A DNA stretch of 64,000 nucleotides from Octopus vulgaris. Its lineage: Eukaryota. The position numbers were made by a program, and so were the translations under genes. This document shows positions 1 to 13,470 of the stretch, one piece after another; within the stretch, counting starts at the first letter, position 1; the number at the start of each line of letters is the position of its first letter. The stretch is from contig OX597825.1 of assembly GCA_951406725.2 (NCBI GenBank), positions 53,382,001-53,446,000 on the forward strand, in the 5' to 3' direction. Below the pieces are notes generated by a model. That model was given only the letters and a program-made list of their open reading frames with translations, was not told the origin of the DNA and made no database searches.

Positions 1-275
1 TGTGAGTGTGAGTGAGTATGCGGGGGAGGTCTGTTTGTGTGTGTGTTTGTAAGTGTGGTGTTTATACTTATTTGTATATATGAATTCTTTTGTTAATATT
101 TGCCGACTACGCTTCTTTACATGACGTTTTAATGTTACTGCATCTATACATAGGCATGTGTAAATGTATCTCCTTCGCTAAGTGTGTATAAACTAAACAC
201 ATGCATATTTCTATGTGTAGACCTGTGTGCATGCGTGAGTAAGTGTATGAATATATATATATATATATATATATG

Positions 276-340
<65 letters not shown>

Positions 341-1974
341 GCACATTTACATTCATATAATTTTACATTTATATGTTTGTATGCCTATATATATATAAAA
401 CAACCATGATCGCATACAATAGAAGCCATGAAACGAACTACATTTAACCTTCATCTTACGTGACACAGCTTTCCTATTTAAAATTTTCTGTTAAACGAAA
501 CAAAAGCCGACTTAAAGATATGTTCTATCTTTAGAACCATCTAAATTATACACACGTATTAAAACTAATTCTTCGGAATTTCATTTGCCAAATTCTATTC
601 ATCAAATTCACCAAATACTGATTTCTAAAATTATGCCTTCATCCATTAATTTCAACAGAAGTTGGAATCGATATAACTGGACGTACCCTGAAATATCATT
701 CTACTGAGGTTTGCAAAAATATTTAGGAGATTATAGATATTTTGTCTTGTGTGTTTGTTGATTAATCTACTAATAATAATATTTATTTTTCTATCTTTAT
801 TTGTATAATTAATAATCGTAAATAGATTCGTTTTGAGAATAAATTGATTACTCTTAAAATCTTAGATGTATTAATACTGTTAAATACCAATAGGCAGTCA
901 CCAGAAAACTAGTAGGGACCTCACTGTAGACTCGGTCTCAGCTTTCTGTTAATGGCATTATTTTACTCTGCGTGAAAATAATGAATATATATTCAACCAT
1001 GCTCATTTGAAACCCGTGGTAAGCTGCCCGGACTAAATAGCCACACACGCCCACTACTTCTTATATATTCATAGAATGTGTATAGTGTACGTATTTTTAT
1101 TTTTATGTATGTATAATATACATATAATATACATATATACATATGGATATATGTGTGTGAGTGTGCGTGTATGTGTGTGTATATGTGTATGTGTTTGCCT
1201 TTGTCAGTGTTTATGTGTGCAACTTGAAGAATGGAAAACATTACTGTATCCCTTCTTTCACTGCTATCAAATTTTACTCGAGGAAGACTACCCTCCGAGA
1301 CCTTGTATTTTCAACTTCTGACAACAAGTTCACTGTATTCTTCTATCCATTTTTCCACATAATATTCGTCTGGTCGGTAGAAACCAACACCATATTAGTC
1401 GTATATATACAAATATATGTTTACCTCAGTCTTTTTATATCTAACTATGTGTGCATGTGTACATGTCTGTATGGATATGTATGTAGTGTATGCATGTACA
1501 TAAGTCGTATATATGCATATGCAAACATATATGTATGCAATACACACTCACACACATGTATACACACACATATACATGTATATCGACGTATACTAATTGT
1601 GTAATGTCAATCTTAAACATTGCAGATCGTTCTGCTTTTAGCATTGCCTTTGCAATACGACTCTCCCTTGATAAATTCGCTAAAATTCCTGTAACACTAC
1701 ATCTCCCTATATTCATTAATACTATGCTTATCGTAATGGTTCAAAGTGACTAAAACTGCTTTGATGTTGAACTGTAGAAACTTACTATTTGTCAGAATAA
1801 GAAGCAATAAATGAGGTTATTGATGCTAATATAAAGACCGAAATGCATCTCAATACTTTTTACATGCTCACTAAAGTATTAAATATAACACGCAATTCTA
1901 CTTAAGCAGATTTCGAATTCCACTTGATTATTCTACGTATTCCTTCAGAGTTAACAATCGCATCTCATTTAGGT

Positions 1975-2033
<59 letters not shown>

Positions 2034-2098
2034 CTCTGAAGGAAATCTCTGCACATCAAGAATTTACTTCTTTCGGCATTCACTTCTCATTTAACTCG

Positions 2099-2189
<91 letters not shown>

Positions 2190-2289
2190 GTTTAAAAAAT
2201 CGTTATAGGTATGAAAATACCATGAACAATTATAGAAAAATGGAGGAGAAAAAGATGTTGAATCAAAATTAGATTTAATGCAAAATAGG

Positions 2290-2398
2290 ATTCAATACAT
2301 ACGCGCGTTTCAAAGGACAATACGAATAAGTAAGAAAAAATTTATAAGCACAGTAATCATAAATAAATTTATGCATTGTCATCTTCATCAGTGTGAAG
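2290..2398 (-). ncRNA. Type I hammerhead ribozyme-like motif with long stem II (degenerate)
   Basis: Minus strand: ttcaca CTGATGA agatgacaatgc..(AT-rich loop)..gtattgtccttt GAAA cgcgcg TA tgtattgaa. Stem II pairs, stem III is palindromic, stem I is imperfect. Confidence 0.6.
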
Positions 2399-3066
2399 AA
2401 CTTTTGTAAGGACATCGTAAAATGGTTTAATGAAATAAAGTAAATTAAAATAAGATACAATAAGGGAGAATACAAGTGGGGTAATAGGGAAAAAATCGGA
2501 TATTTGCAAACAAGTTTTAAAAGGGTAACAAATAACAGTAATAACAATAGTAAGAGAAACGAAAGGGAAAAAGACAGACATATCAATGTGTATGGACGTC
2601 TATATGCGTGGTAAACTATAACAGAAAAATAGGAATGAAAAGCTAACGGGTATGCTTAAAAAGTGGTAACAAGTCGAGACAAATTATAATAAACAGGGCC
2701 ACGTGTGTATAGTGGAATATAATGTAACAGATGGACTAGTAGAGAAAACAGATAGAGAGTTATATATATATACATATAAATATTGAGAAACGAAAAATAT
2801 ATGTATATATATATTTTACACGAGGCTAAAAATTGAAGGGTAAGTTTATGTTTGAACATTGTTGTAATATTAAAGCAAACAGAACTTAACAAAGAAAAAA
2901 ACATTGATCAGACAAGACTGGCCGGTGTAATTTAAGATAGTTACCTTACTCAAAAGCTAGCCCGGGGTAGAGGAGACAATCAGAAAAAAAGTAGGAACAA
3001 AAAACGAATATATGAAGGAGAAAAAATGCTATAAAATTGATAGAACAAACGAATATATATACATGT

Positions 3067-3137
<71 letters not shown>

Positions 3138-3144
<7 letters not shown>

Positions 3145-4125
3145 GGCAACTGAGTTACCGCCGTTTTTTAAATTTTGAAATCTATTTTTGTTTTCGAGTT
3201 AATTTTAGTTAATTTCTTCAGATCATTTAAATGGAATGTCAAATTTTTGCTTTTAATCAAGGGTCTAAGGCTCGCGGCATTTGTGCTGTGTATGGAGAGG
3301 GTACTATATCTGAAAGAACCGCTCGTGATTGGTATACCAAATTAAAAAGTGGAAGTTTTTACCTCAAAGATGTCCCTTATTCTGGCCCTCCTTTGAGTTC
3401 GATGAAGAACGATTAAACCAACTCTTGCACGAACATTCACGTTAGAATGGTAGAGAAAATGGAATACTCCCACATTGCTATAGAGAAGCATCTTCACTCG
3501 ATGGGGAAGGTTCAGCAGTATGGAGCATGGGTTCTGCATGCTTTAAGTGACGACAACAAAAATCAACGAGCTACAGTCTCCGCTGGTTTGCTTGCTCGTC
3601 ATCGCTCAACTCATGGACAGAAGCAACGATTTCTTTACCGAATCGTTACTGGTGAGGGAGAATGGTGCCTGTACATCAATATGAAGCAGCGTAAGGAATG
3701 GCTTAGCCCCGGTAAACAAACGACACTGCGGGTGAAACAAGACCTTCATCCGCGTAAAATAATGTTGTGCATATGATGGGACTGGGAAGGGATTATCCAT
3801 TACGAATTGCTTGAACTGAACAAAACGGTCAACGCTTGGTTCAACAGATTGAACGACACATCACGACTATTCAAGACAAAAGACCTAATCGGCATGGAGT
3901 TCTTCTGCTGCACAACAACGGCCGCCCTCATGTCGCCAATATTTCAAACGCATGTCTGGGAAGGGCTGTCACATCCACTGTACTCTCCTGGTTTGACACC
4001 AACGGATTTCCACTTCTTTCGATCTCTTTCAAATACTATGCGTGGAGTTTCGTTCAATACTGATGCAAAATTGAGAGCTCTGTTGGATCAATTTTTCGAG
4101 TCGAAATCGGGTGAATGTTGGGAAA
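3138..4125 (+). mobile_element. Degraded mariner transposon (transposase pseudogene, 3' TIR not seen)
   Basis: Starts after (TA)n with TIR-like ttggattggcaactgagtt. Frameshifted peptides: ICAVYGEGTISERTARDW, WVLHALS (WVPHEL-like), RIVTGEGEW (TGDEKW-like), LLHNNGRPH, HPLYSPGLTPTDFHFF (YSPDLAP-like). Confidence 0.9.
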
Positions 4126-5038
4126 AATACAGTTCTATATTTAAGAGATGAGGAATTATGTACATTATTTACTTGTATATATGTATATTTGTATTACACA
4201 TAAACAAATAGATATGCACATAGGTAATACGGACAGACAAATACACACAAACGTATGGTAATGTGTTTCATACACAAATGAAACATGTTACCATACACAC
4301 ACACACACTTCTCACACACAGTGACACATACGGAGACACATCCATACATAATGGATTTAAGTACATTGTCACACAAACCCCTACAAAGACACTCAAACAT
4401 GCACACACATTGAGATATAGGAACATACACACACACAAATACAATCACATATATATGAATACACAAACACACGAATATACAGAATACATGCATACAAAGT
4501 ACACACGCGCATAAATATTCATATACACATGCACACAGAGACAACATACATGCATACGCATACACATGAGTGTGTGAAATATCGCACTAAAAGAGAATTA
4601 CTCTCCCCAGGCGCAATAATTTATGCTTCAACACACGAATTCACATAAAGAATCTTGCAAACTAAATACAAAACTTATATATATGTATGTGTGTGTATAT
4701 ATATGTGTATATACACATATATATACACTTATATATACGCATACAAAAACAAACCCATTCACGTACATATATATGATTCTATGTGCATATATATATATAT
4801 ATATATATATACATACATACATATGGGAGCAACTCTTTTGTCGAAGGCGTATATTGTTGTTAATTACTCGAAATACGAGACTAGAAAAACAGTCAACAAC
4901 TGATGAAGAGTCGTTCTTTATGTTCTTTGTATTGTTTTCCATTTGTGTCTTTCGTTGTTCGAAACAATAGTTCATGTTCCATGTACTCGTGCTTCGTATT
5001 TTTGTACTTGTTTCGTGATGTCCTGTGCCCACTTATGC

Positions 5039-5082
<44 letters not shown>

Positions 5083-6245
5083 GTATAGATGTAGGTACAT
5101 ATACGTATATATATATGCATATACTTATATTATATCATTATATGATTGAACGCCACGCATCCTCTCCCAAGTAAGTTTTACACATAGAAGCATGTATGTG
5201 AATGTGATTGTTTGTTTGTGTGTGTGTGTTTGTGTGTGTGTGTACATAAACTTTAGGATAGAAAAAGCAGTACCCATGGGTATTTGGAACTTCTCTGAGG
5301 TCAACTAAAATGAATGTGATCAATACATTTATATGCGACTAGAAGGTCTCTGACGAAAAATATGCGAGCAATGTTTTAGCTTGAAAGAGTGCAGCATAAT
5401 GAAACCAGCTTATAGCAGTTAAGCAAAAGTAAAGCCGACTAAACATACGAGACGTGATCAGAACCCCCCCAAATTACACATTTATTGAAAGAAATTCATT
5501 GGAAATGGTAGTTTCAAACCTTATTCACCCAAACCTAATTTCAGAGGTGAAGGTTTCAACTATTAATTCAACATAGTATCAACTCGATAGATCTGGTCGC
5601 ACCAGGTATATACAGACATCTAACAAATATATAGATTATTGAAATTCTATGTTTATGCATTATTCTTGAAAGGTTCTTGATGTGAAATCGTGAGTTGAAA
5701 CATACATTGTTATCCTTAAAGTAATAAGTAGAACAAGAAAAGACATGAGGGCTAGAGAGTCATTGAAGAAATCACAGGATGTGTAACGAAAAAGCTTTGA
5801 CAAAGAAACTAAAATAATTATAGTAACACTGTAGGGAAGAACAAATATATAGTGCGTGTGTTTAATTAGCAAAAATATGACCATCCCCGAGTGTAACAAT
5901 TATAGAACTGTTCTTCCTTTTTCCTAAAATTGTCACTTGCCTTTTCTATAAAACAAATATTTTTTGCCATTGTTTTCTGCATGAACTGAACGGAATCAAT
6001 ATTTCCTTATACAAAAATGCAACCAAAAGCCAGTCAACTAAACGCCAACAACGAGAAACTACGAGTAGTAATTCATCGGTCAGTAAATTCTATTTAAGTC
6101 TGCATGACTATGTAATACCTAACATTTCATCAAATGCATTTCAAAACACTGTTAAGCCACTATCCACTATTCACTCATAAGTATATACACTCATACGCAC
6201 ACTCACACATACAATCACACGCAAACTCTCAAGCGTAAGTTCACT

Positions 6246-6290
<45 letters not shown>

Positions 6291-6293
<3 letters not shown>

Positions 6294-6596
6294 GGTACGC
6301 GGCTTAGTGGCTTGGGCATTCGGCTCACGATCGTAAGCTCGTGAGTTCAAATCCATGCGACGCGTTGTGTCCTTGAGCAAGACACTTTATTGCACGTTGT
6401 TCCAATCATTTCCATCAGCTGGTAAAAATAAGCAGCACTTATATTTCAAAGGGCCGGCCTTGTCCCACTTTGTGTCACACTGAACATCCCTGAGAACTAC
6501 GTTAAGTGTACACGTTTCTGTGATGTGCTCAGTTAATTGAACGTTAATTTCGCGAGCAGGCTCTTCCGTCGATCGTATCAGCTGGGATCCTCGTCG
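6291..6596 (+). mobile_element. tRNA-derived SINE (octopod-like), 3' end interrupted
   Basis: A/B-box-like head (ggcttagtgg..gagttcaaatcc) and gtgtccttgagcaagacactt core. Same family at 50176-50488 and 31963-32152. Confidence 0.85.
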
Positions 6597-7151
6597 CCGA
6601 TACCCGGGTAGCAAATTTACGTCAGAAAGCACGGTTGAAGCTACATGCCAAGGGCAGAAATCACGTACTTTAGTGTGGAAATTTGTGTGTTTTTTTTTAC
6701 TATAGATAAAGGAAAGAATGGAGTCGAACGACGATTTAACAACATTCCTTTATTCTTGACATATGTTTCGAAGACTGCATATTCTTAATTCCTAAGGAAT
6801 AAAGGGTGCATTATGCCGCCTTCTCATCAGGAAAGACAAGGAACTTATGTCAGCATCATGACGAACAAAAACTTTTAGATGACTGCCCACACGGATAATG
6901 CACCCTTTATTCCTTCGGAATTAAGAATATGCAGTTTTCGAAACATATGTCGAGAATAAAGGAATTTTGTTAAATCGTCGTTCGACTCCATTCTTTCCTT
7001 TATCTATAGTAAAAAAAACACACAAATTTCCACACTTAAAGCACGTGATTTCTGCCCTTGGCATGTAGCTTCAACCGTGCTTTCTGACGTAAATTTGCTA
7101 CCCGGGTATCGGTTAACCGAATTATCCATACTAGGATAATTCATTCAACTA

Positions 7152-7154
<3 letters not shown>
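6597..7154. mobile_element. Fold-back Penelope-like pLTR element (218-bp arms 6597-6814 / 6895-7112)
   Basis: Near-perfect inverted arms with an 80-bp spacer, ending in (TA)n. Homologous to 21255-22346 and contains an HHR. Confidence 0.8.
6752..6836 (-). ncRNA. Type I hammerhead ribozyme
   Basis: tctttc CTGATGA gaaggcggcata..tatgcagtcttc GAAA catatg TC aagaat. Palindromic stem III; stem I slightly mutated. Confidence 0.7.
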
Positions 7155-7199
<45 letters not shown>

Positions 7200-7206
7200 C
7201 ATATAT

Positions 7207-7259
<53 letters not shown>

Positions 7260-7377
7260 TGTGCTTGTCTGTGTGTGTGTGTGAATGTAAAAAAAATATA
7301 TATGTATATATATATATTTATGTCAATATGTAGGAATATTTACATACATTCGTATATATGTAGGTATGTGAATAGAC

Positions 7378-7800
7378 AAGGTGCATTCCAGGTTTGATAC
7401 CTTTTTAGTTGAGGCAGTCATAACTGTCCATGATTATATTGTGATAATAGTTTATTATTATATTACTTCTACTAAGTTGTCCTGCCAACTTTTTATTCGC
7501 GATTGAACACACTCTATTAGACAGCTGATTACTTTGTGTAATACAGTCAGATGCTGAATGCAATCTACATAACAAAGTTTCCTATTGAACTGAAATGTTC
7601 CTCACTGCCTATGGACTAGGAGGCCTTTCACTGGCACAAGAGGTTCAATAAAGGGATAGAGGAAATGTGAGACGATGGGAAGCTGGAAAGGAAAGGGACG
7701 TCAGACTATCAGAGCTGAATGAGGAAATTCACATTCATTTCAATGTAAAATGCCGTGTGTCTATAGAGACAATAAGCATATAGATTGGACTGAAATAAAA
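7378..7800 (+). mobile_element. Old mariner 5' fragment
   Basis: Translates to FHWHKRFNKGIEEM*DDG, resembling the mariner N-terminal HTH linker; heavily decayed. Confidence 0.5.
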
Positions 7801-8690
7801 TTGGAACCGCCCATCTGTGTTTTATATCGATGAATGGTAAAATTTACTAAAGATAAATGTCCTTAAAATTTCCGAATGTTAAACTTTCAAATGGATTGGA
7901 ACACACACCACCAACTTTCACACTGAACAATGAATACGTAATTCCACCCACCCCACTTCTTGTTTTTAAGGTAAAAATTGGTTCTAGTGCAGAAGGCAGT
8001 ATGAGGCTGAGATGGCATAACATGTAAATAATGCAAAAATTACTAGCATCTAAAGGCTTATAATTTCTGTTGCAACTTACCAAAAATAATTACCACTTCT
8101 ATTCTATGTATTTGTATGTATAAATTTATATACAACAAATGCATATATGTATGTTCATATTTATATGTGTGTGTGTATATATAATTATGTACGAATGTGA
8201 CGTATATTGTTATAATTTCTATTATTGATATATAACACTTATAACATATATATGTATATATATATCACATAATGTAACACACACACACACATACATACGT
8301 ATATATATATATATGCACCATTGTGTGTATCGATGTGTTTCAAAGTTAATGTTTAGGAATTTCAGTCTTTGTATGAGTTTGTATGTCAGTATCATTTATT
8401 TTTATGAATAATGGAATATCACTACAATGACGGTAACTTTACTTATTAATATGTCACATTCAGTATATATTGCCTTTTAAAATGGTTCTTAGCAAAATCA
8501 TAGTTTGTCTGACATTTCACCAATCTGATAATGGCGTTACTAAATTTCAAATTTTTGTCTATTATTATATATATTTGATTTTGAGCTTTGGTATATTTTA
8601 ACTCTTCATGTCTGTCACTCTTTCACCTTTTTCTGTCTGTGTCTCTGTTTCTCTGTGTAGATACATGTACACATACACAAATACGATAAA

Positions 8691-8691
8691 C

Positions 8692-8781
<90 letters not shown>
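8691..8781 (+). repeat. (GATA)n microsatellite
   Basis: Direct reading. Confidence 0.95.
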
Positions 8782-8782
<1 letters not shown>

Positions 8783-9610
8783 CTGAAAATATATTTGTTA
8801 GTATGTGCAAATTCGACGAAAATTATTCAATAAGACAAAAGTAATGAAATCTAGGAACTGAAAACAGAAACTACAACTTGCAATTTTAAACAGTAGCTCT
8901 AATATGTCAAAGTGAATATTTGCAAGCGAAAACCAATCTCATGTTTTGTTATCAAACAAATATGCTAGAATACATATTCTATCCATTGAGTGTCACTAGC
9001 TATTGCTCTTAGGCTTTTCTTTTCTGGGTGTAATTTCGAGGGGAGACCCATTAATTAGGGATTTATTGTGTATTAGAACATACCCTTAGCTTAATTAACG
9101 AAGTAATTCTGTTTGACCTCTAACTATTTAATATTGCTAGATTCTTTACCATTATTATCCTAAATAAACCTCTCCGAATTATAGCCAACCGTCTTCCTAT
9201 ATGTTACACTCTGATATCTAATCTGATCCGTGAATATATGATATATAATGATGATGCAAAAAATAAGACCGAAACATATGTCCATAATCTCTCCCACACT
9301 GGACACAAATATTGACATTTAGCTAACATGAATATATATTGCAGAATATTGTAATTTTCAGTCTATTGTTTTCCCTTCTTCAAAGCCATTAGCAATTGCA
9401 ACAGTTTACAGATTTTAGTTCTCATGTTTGTGATGAAGGGAAATCTGAAATTCATAAAAATGAAAAGTAAAGCAAGCGCGCGTGTGTGTACGATGTAGTG
9501 CAGAAACTTCACAAAGTGAGACATGGTCTACAGCTGGTTATACGACACGATTTGTGTCCTTATATTTTCGAAGAAGGCAATCCAGCACCCCAACCCAGCT
9601 CAAAACAATA

Positions 9611-9655
9611 TCTGTGTATCGCGATTTCCGGGTAATTTCCCACCATCAGCACAGA
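9611..9655 (-). ncRNA. Minimal type I hammerhead (core variant CTGATGG)
   Basis: tctgtg CTGATGG tgggaaattacccg GAAA tcgcga TA cacaga. Perfect 6-bp stem I and palindromic stem III. Confidence 0.65.
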
Positions 9656-9663
9656 ATAATTGT

Positions 9664-9708
9664 TCTTTGCTGATGAAGGCAAATAATCCGGAAATCGCGA
9701 TACACAGA
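9664..9708 (+). ncRNA. Minimal type I hammerhead
   Basis: tctttg CTGATGA aggcaaataatccg GAAA tcgcga TA cacaga. Stem II weak; one stem I mismatch. Confidence 0.6.
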
Positions 9709-10489
9709 TATTGCTTTGAGCTGGATGGGGGTGCTAGATTCCCTTGTTCGAAAAAATATAAAAGGACACAGATCGTGTCGTATAGCAGCTGGAGACGATG
9801 CCACCTGGGGCTAAATTACAGCAACATACGTCCTAAAAAGGACTGCCATGTTATGTTGGCAAACAATCTTTACTACAAAATACCATTCCTGAATAGCTCA
9901 CGCTGTGAGATTTAAAGATGGTAATTTTCTAATTTAGATTTGAGTTTTTGATGATCATGCTTGTCATACTATACGATACCAAGCAAACATGCATGGTACC
10001 ATGACCTGTTGTTTGAAATGGAGTACATTGAAATTGTGCGGAGAGCCGTCAGATGAAGTAAGAGAGATGACTTTTATACCTGAGTTAGGTATACAGCGTC
10101 GTGTTTGCAGCAGTGTATTTTATCGGTGGATATAAAACTTATTACTTCAAATATACCACTCTAAGTAGCCTTATATAGACATCAACCTCGGTTGTTTCAG
10201 GCGAAAGTGATGTGCAACTACGAAAGGCAATAGGAAACGGCTGTTGTAATGTAATAGTTAAACTAATACGCATAAATATTAGAGGACAACAAGAACCTAA
10301 TCTTTTCTCCAAAATTCCACCTATCCATGTATGTATACCAGTACAATAGGTATAGAATAATACAGTATAATATGCATAATCTATATCCTACAGAATAACA
10401 GAATACAATAATCTACTATAAATGCGGTAGTAAGTAGAGATGTTGATTATACGCACGCATCTAAATACTCAATGAAGGAAAGAGATAAA

Positions 10490-10750
10490 GTCCAGATGTA
10501 ATATAAGTTAGATTATGTAGATCTCATCCAGAGTCAATAACTTGCTATGCAACACAGATCTAGTCTATAAGTAAGCAAATGTTTTAAAACAGACATCTAC
10601 ATCAGATGTAAACAACATGTAGTATAAAAACATTTTCTTACATCTGGACAAGATCTTTTATACTAGATCTTGCCTAGATGCAAGAAAATGTTATATAACA
10701 GAGATCTACTCGGGTAAACATGTTAAATAACATGGATCTAGTCCAGATAA
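10490..10750. repeat. Degenerate ~37-bp minisatellite with one inverted unit
   Basis: Recurrent gatctagtccagatgtaagaaaatgtt-like unit; the reverse-complement unit aacattttcttacatctggacaagatc lies at ~10629-10655. Confidence 0.65.
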
Positions 10751-11970
10751 CAATGATTAGTTAAACAAATTTCGTGTGTTTGATAATTTTAGGTATGTAT
10801 CTATATATGATCACATGACGATGACTTTATATGTATAAGGATGATGATCATGATCATAAACAATAGGTGTGTAAGCATTTACTGATGATATTTTAAAAAG
10901 TGATTATGAGGTTGGTGAAAGCGTTTCCGTTCTTTGTCTATGTTATCCTTTCCTACTTCTAATGGTAGTGGTGGTAATGATTGTGAAGATAACTATTCCA
11001 AATATGTCTCTCTATGGTGGGAAGTAGAGGGGTTCTACAATATATCCGTTTTTATTCCTCTTTTGCTTCTAATTTGCATTTATGAAACATTTCAAAAATC
11101 ATTAACTTAATTAGGTGTTTGGAAGTTTTTAGTAAAGCAACTCCCCACCACCGCGCCAAAAAGTATTTACAACAACAATTCTAACGGAAAATCAAAGAAA
11201 AGAGAGTGACGAGAAAGAAATAAACGAAAAAAACTCTTCTCTATTGTAAACAAGGAGACAAGAAAGAGCGAAGGAAAGAATGAACTAAAGAACTGTATAA
11301 AGGAAAGAAATATTGAAAGAAAAGAAAAAAAATTGTTTGTGCATTGTAGTGCACATTTAAATCTGTTGCAAATAATTGCACGTAATTTGTTGTTCAGAGC
11401 TTGCCATGCATCAAGCGGAAACTCTATGAAATGGATCGTGCAGCAAACATTGTTAATGGCGACTGTCAGTCGTTTTGCCAACTTTCAGAACAATATATTA
11501 CTTAGCATTTCCATATAATTCACCATATGATATTGATATACTTTTCCATGGGAGAGGAAATATAATTTGTAAGTGTTCAGCACGTTTATCTTAAGACATT
11601 TTCTTCAACTAAATTTTATCTTAATTTTTTTTTTTCTCCAATTCCAAACCACTCCCAACAAATCCTCGTTTCTCGTTAAATTAAACTATTGTTGATGTAA
11701 TAATATTCGTATTCTTATCGTCTTTCAAATAATGCTTTATTTCTTTCGCGTCTTGTTTGCTTGCTTGTAATTTTTGTCATAATGTGCCTTTTATTGACTG
11801 TTGTTGTTATATTTTGCTGTCACTTTCATTCATTTATGGGTTTTTGATAATCTAATTTGGATTTACAGGAAATATATACTATATGTATATATGTATAAAG
11901 ACATGCATACGCACACACATATACCATGTACGCATATACTTACATATATTATATAACATATTATATGAGC

Positions 11971-12019
<49 letters not shown>

Positions 12020-12090
12020 TATGTATCTGTGCGTCTTTGTTAATGTTTGTTCTTATGCTCAATAATAATAAAACAATTTTACAATTATGT

Positions 12091-12283
12091 TATGGGTTAC
12101 TCTATACTGTTGTTGTTGCTTAAGAATTATACATACATACGTACATATATATATATATGCATAATATACATTCACATATACATACATATATATGTATGTA
12201 TATGTGAATGTATATTATGCATATATATATATGTACGTATGTATGTATAATTCTTAAACAACAACAGTATAGAGTAACCCATA
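12091..12283. repeat. Near-perfect spacerless palindrome (~95-bp arms)
   Basis: tatgggttactctatactgttgtt...aacaacagtatagagtaacccata, centred on catacatatatatgtatg (~12190). Confidence 0.9.
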
Positions 12284-12749
12284 GATATGTATTTGTAACC
12301 ATAGATATGTATTTGTATATAACACGCACACACACACATATATACATCTAAATATATATACATACATGCATACATGCATATATATATATATATATACATA
12401 CATGCATACATGCATAGACGCAGAAAGAGTGAGTGAATAAAAAACGACACAAACTACTATAGTTCAAGTTAATCCTAGTTACTCTTAACGAATGGTTAAT
12501 TAGACGCTCATATTAGTTACTGTGTGTATTCAACGTATATTTCAACATGTTTACATAACATAAAACATAGAAAATACTTGCCTGGGAATGTAAGTATTAA
12601 TTGAAAACAAAAACAAGTTATATCCTTTCAATATTATAGCAATAAAGAATGAAGATATTACTAAATAATAATAAATGCAAATACGCCATTACAATGACGT
12701 TTCAAAATTAGAATACTCTACATATCGAAAAACATTTCACTTATTTAGC

Positions 12750-13470
12750 TTAACCTGCTTCAAAAGTAGATCACACTACATACAGAACAGTTCTTTAACT
12801 TCCATAGCTTATCTAGATTTTTAACGTAAATTTTGCTGTTCCATGGTGAAGTTAATACTCCTATTTATGTTGTTAATTAAATATTTGAAATCAATAATTT
12901 GGTCAAATATGCACGTCTACAAAATCAGACAGTCATCTAAGTAATATTTTCGGTTTCTTAGTAAATATTTATGGAAGTCGAAGCCAAACTCTAATTGGCA
13001 TTATTCATATATGTATGACACGACTAAATTGGCGAAGGTCCGTGCGACGTTTGTGCCCATTGCAGTCACTGATTCTGGTTTGTAAGTATTGTCATTAAAC
13101 ACTAATTATTTTCAAGGATGACTTTTAATCCTTCGGTGATGAAATATATTGTAGTTCTGTCTGGGAATATATGAGGGATTTTTTTCACACAGAAACCTAT
13201 TGCTTCTCGTCGATATTGGTGTAGGATTGTGGTTTGGAGATCTAGTACATCAAATGATTCAATAATGGTATCGTTTTTACCGATTTTAGCCAGGTGGTTT
13301 AACAGGTCCACGTCGTCTCTTATAAGACGCGGTATGCATTTTAAAATAGGTTTCAGTAATATAATTAGACTTTGGTACTATTTTACTTTTAATACTTTTA
13401 TTCCTTTCCCGCCTATTTTTTCATTCGTAGGCCTTTCATCAAAAATGGCATATTCTGATGGATGATGTTG
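12750..13470 (-). mobile_element. Penelope-like reverse transcriptase pseudogene fragment
   Basis: Peptides IESFDVLDLQTTI (SFDV.SLYTNI-like), ILENN, TAMGTNVARTFANL (GTAMGT motif) and YYLDDCLI across frameshifts. Confidence 0.85.

Larger units (their letters stand above)
9521..9800. repeat. ~140-bp-arm palindrome with head-to-head hammerhead motifs
   Basis: Arms meet at gaataattgttc (~9660) and have visibly diverged from each other. Confidence 0.85.

Noticed and set aside
11339-11381. miR-33-like (gtgcattgtagt) / miR-92-like (aattgcac) hairpin
   Set aside because: Only 12 nt match miR-33, and the hairpin is too short and mismatched for a pre-miRNA.
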